Positions 62,455 through 64,000 of a stretch of DNA of 64,000 nt are shown piece after piece (the stretch's first letter is position 1; each line of letters begins with the position of its first letter). Source of the stretch: Squalus acanthias (taxonomy: Eukaryota). The notes beneath the pieces are model-generated. The model was not told where the DNA came from and did not search any database. It saw only the letters and a program-made list of their open reading frames with translations. Location: the NCBI GenBank assembly GCA_030390025.1, contig CM059438.1, forward strand, positions 62,250,001 to 62,314,000, read 5' to 3'. Position numbers and translations under genes: made by a program.

Positions 62455-62733
62455 CTCTTGCGCATCCCCAATTTTCAGCGCTCCACCATTGGCGGCCGTG
62501 CCTTCAGCTTCCTAGGCCCGAAGCTCTGGAATTCCCTCTCTAAACCTCTCCGCCTCTCTCCTCCTTTTAAGACACTCCTTAAAACCTACTTCTTTGACTA
62601 AGCTTTTGGTCACCTGTCCTAATCCCTCCTTATGTGACTCGGTGTCAAAATGTCTTTGATAACGCTCCTGTGAAGCGCCTTGGGACGTTTTACTACATTA
62701 AAGGTGCTATATAAATACAAGTTGTTGTTGTTG
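62455..62733 (+). mobile_element. L2 3' tail
   Basis: Matches the L2 3' ends elsewhere in the window; ends ATATAAATACAAGTTGTTGTTGTTG. Confidence 0.85.
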
Positions 62734-63883
62734 GATAATTCAGGGATCGAGCTTGGTCTGTATTCCCATTAGCCCAACAGAAGTGCTCCACAGAAAGCAA
62801 TTTATAGCTTTTAGAAAATAGCAAGTTATGGTTGTGCAGCCCAGGTTTAATCTGGGGCAGGAAAATGCTTTCCCTTCAGCGGTTTGCCCTGTTGGAAGTT
62901 TACCGTAAGTGTGCACTAATCAAACTGCTATGACGTTGTTTCTGTAAGTTGCTTACCTGTTGAATACCGTTTTGCTGCCACTCCCATTGAATTGCAGTTA
63001 TGTAAGTCAGAGAATGCCATGCTGTTGTGATTTTTTTTATTTTGGGATTGTTTTTTATTTTTCTTTTTCTTTCCTGAAGGTGCTGATCACTAGGTGCCAG
63101 CAGCCTATGTTAACATTCTTCCTGTATGAGGCACGAGAATGAGTGGCAGTGGGAGGTTACTGGACAGAGAGCTTGAGTGGAAAGCATGGCTATTTATTTT
63201 ACCCTCCCTAGTCTGAGGCACCAACATAGATTTATAAATCCTCTGCTGGGATCAGCCAACTCAGCACAGACTGGCGATTGAATCTGGGACTTTCTGGTTT
63301 CTTTGACTTGCTGCTAAATCATGTGGTACATTCATCAACAAAGCCAACGGAGGAGCCCTGAATAAAATAATTGACCCCATTCCCACAAAACTGCTGACCA
63401 CCCAACTTCCCTTCCTGGCCTCTATGCTAGCTGATATTGAAATGGTTCCCTCTCCTCAGATGCTGCCCCCCCCCCCCTTTCAAAACAACCGTCATCACCC
63501 ACTCTCATAGCATCATCGAATCACTCTTCAAAAAACCCACCCTTGACTCCTCTGACCTTGCCCCATCTCCAAACTTCCTCTTCTCTCCACACTTCTGATT
63601 TGGACTCTTTTAAACCCAGTTTGTGTTGCCACATGCCACCCTCCCCAAGCTAGGAGATGAATGAGGAAGAGAATGAAGGGATTCCTACCCTCGTCACCAT
63701 AGTCCAAAAAACAAGTAAGTTACGGACATTATTCAAAAGAAATGTAAATTGTTGATCACGATGTGCCTGGTATTGCATGCATGCATGGAACACTGTTAAA
63801 AATCTGCATTAGGAACATAAAAATGTACAGTACAGGAAAACACCATTTTGGTCTATCTAGCCATCCCCCAAGTTCAGAAGCAA

Positions 63884-64000
63884 TAGACAGAGGAATCAAG
63901 GGATATGGGGATCGGGCGGGAAAGTGGAGCTGAGGTCGAAGATCAGCCATGATCTTATTGAATGGCGGAGCAGGCTCGAGGGGCCGTATGGCCTACTCCT
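63884..64000 (+). mobile_element. CR1 3' tail, truncated by window end
   Basis: GIKGYG-coding segment followed by GATCAGCCATGATCTTATTGAATGGCGGAGC. Confidence 0.8.

Overview
Eukaryotic, repeat-dense vertebrate DNA, most likely from a cartilaginous fish (inferred from abundant CR1 and L2 LINEs, Deu-domain SINEs and Penelope-like elements). It is not prokaryotic, and most ORF-track entries are transposon debris or spurious. Host genes: the 3' part of PNPLA7 on + (exons <1-85 and 4717-4869; a tentative last exon at 9397-9480; the exons in between were not found and probably lie in the 93-N gap), and a CpG-island first exon encoding a signal peptide (39335-39407) of an unidentified + strand gene. 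Mobile DNA includes: a complete CsRn1-type Gypsy LTR element (14545-18840); a full-length CR1 and a near-intact CR1 ORF2; five Penelope-like insertions with minimal hammerhead ribozyme motifs, three of them inverted-repeat structures; Harbinger-like and Tc1/pogo-like MITEs; a tRNA-headed LINE start; and a 2.75-kb 17-mer minisatellite. Best leads: the ribozyme-bearing Penelope palindromes, two of which sit at the same CR1 codon; the Pol III-headed LINE with no apparent ORF1; and a degenerate ~135-bp tandem array with a conserved AAAGGTCA anchor behind a CRE-rich promoter. All calls were made by eye, family comparisons are from memory, and boundaries of old repeat fragments are approximate.
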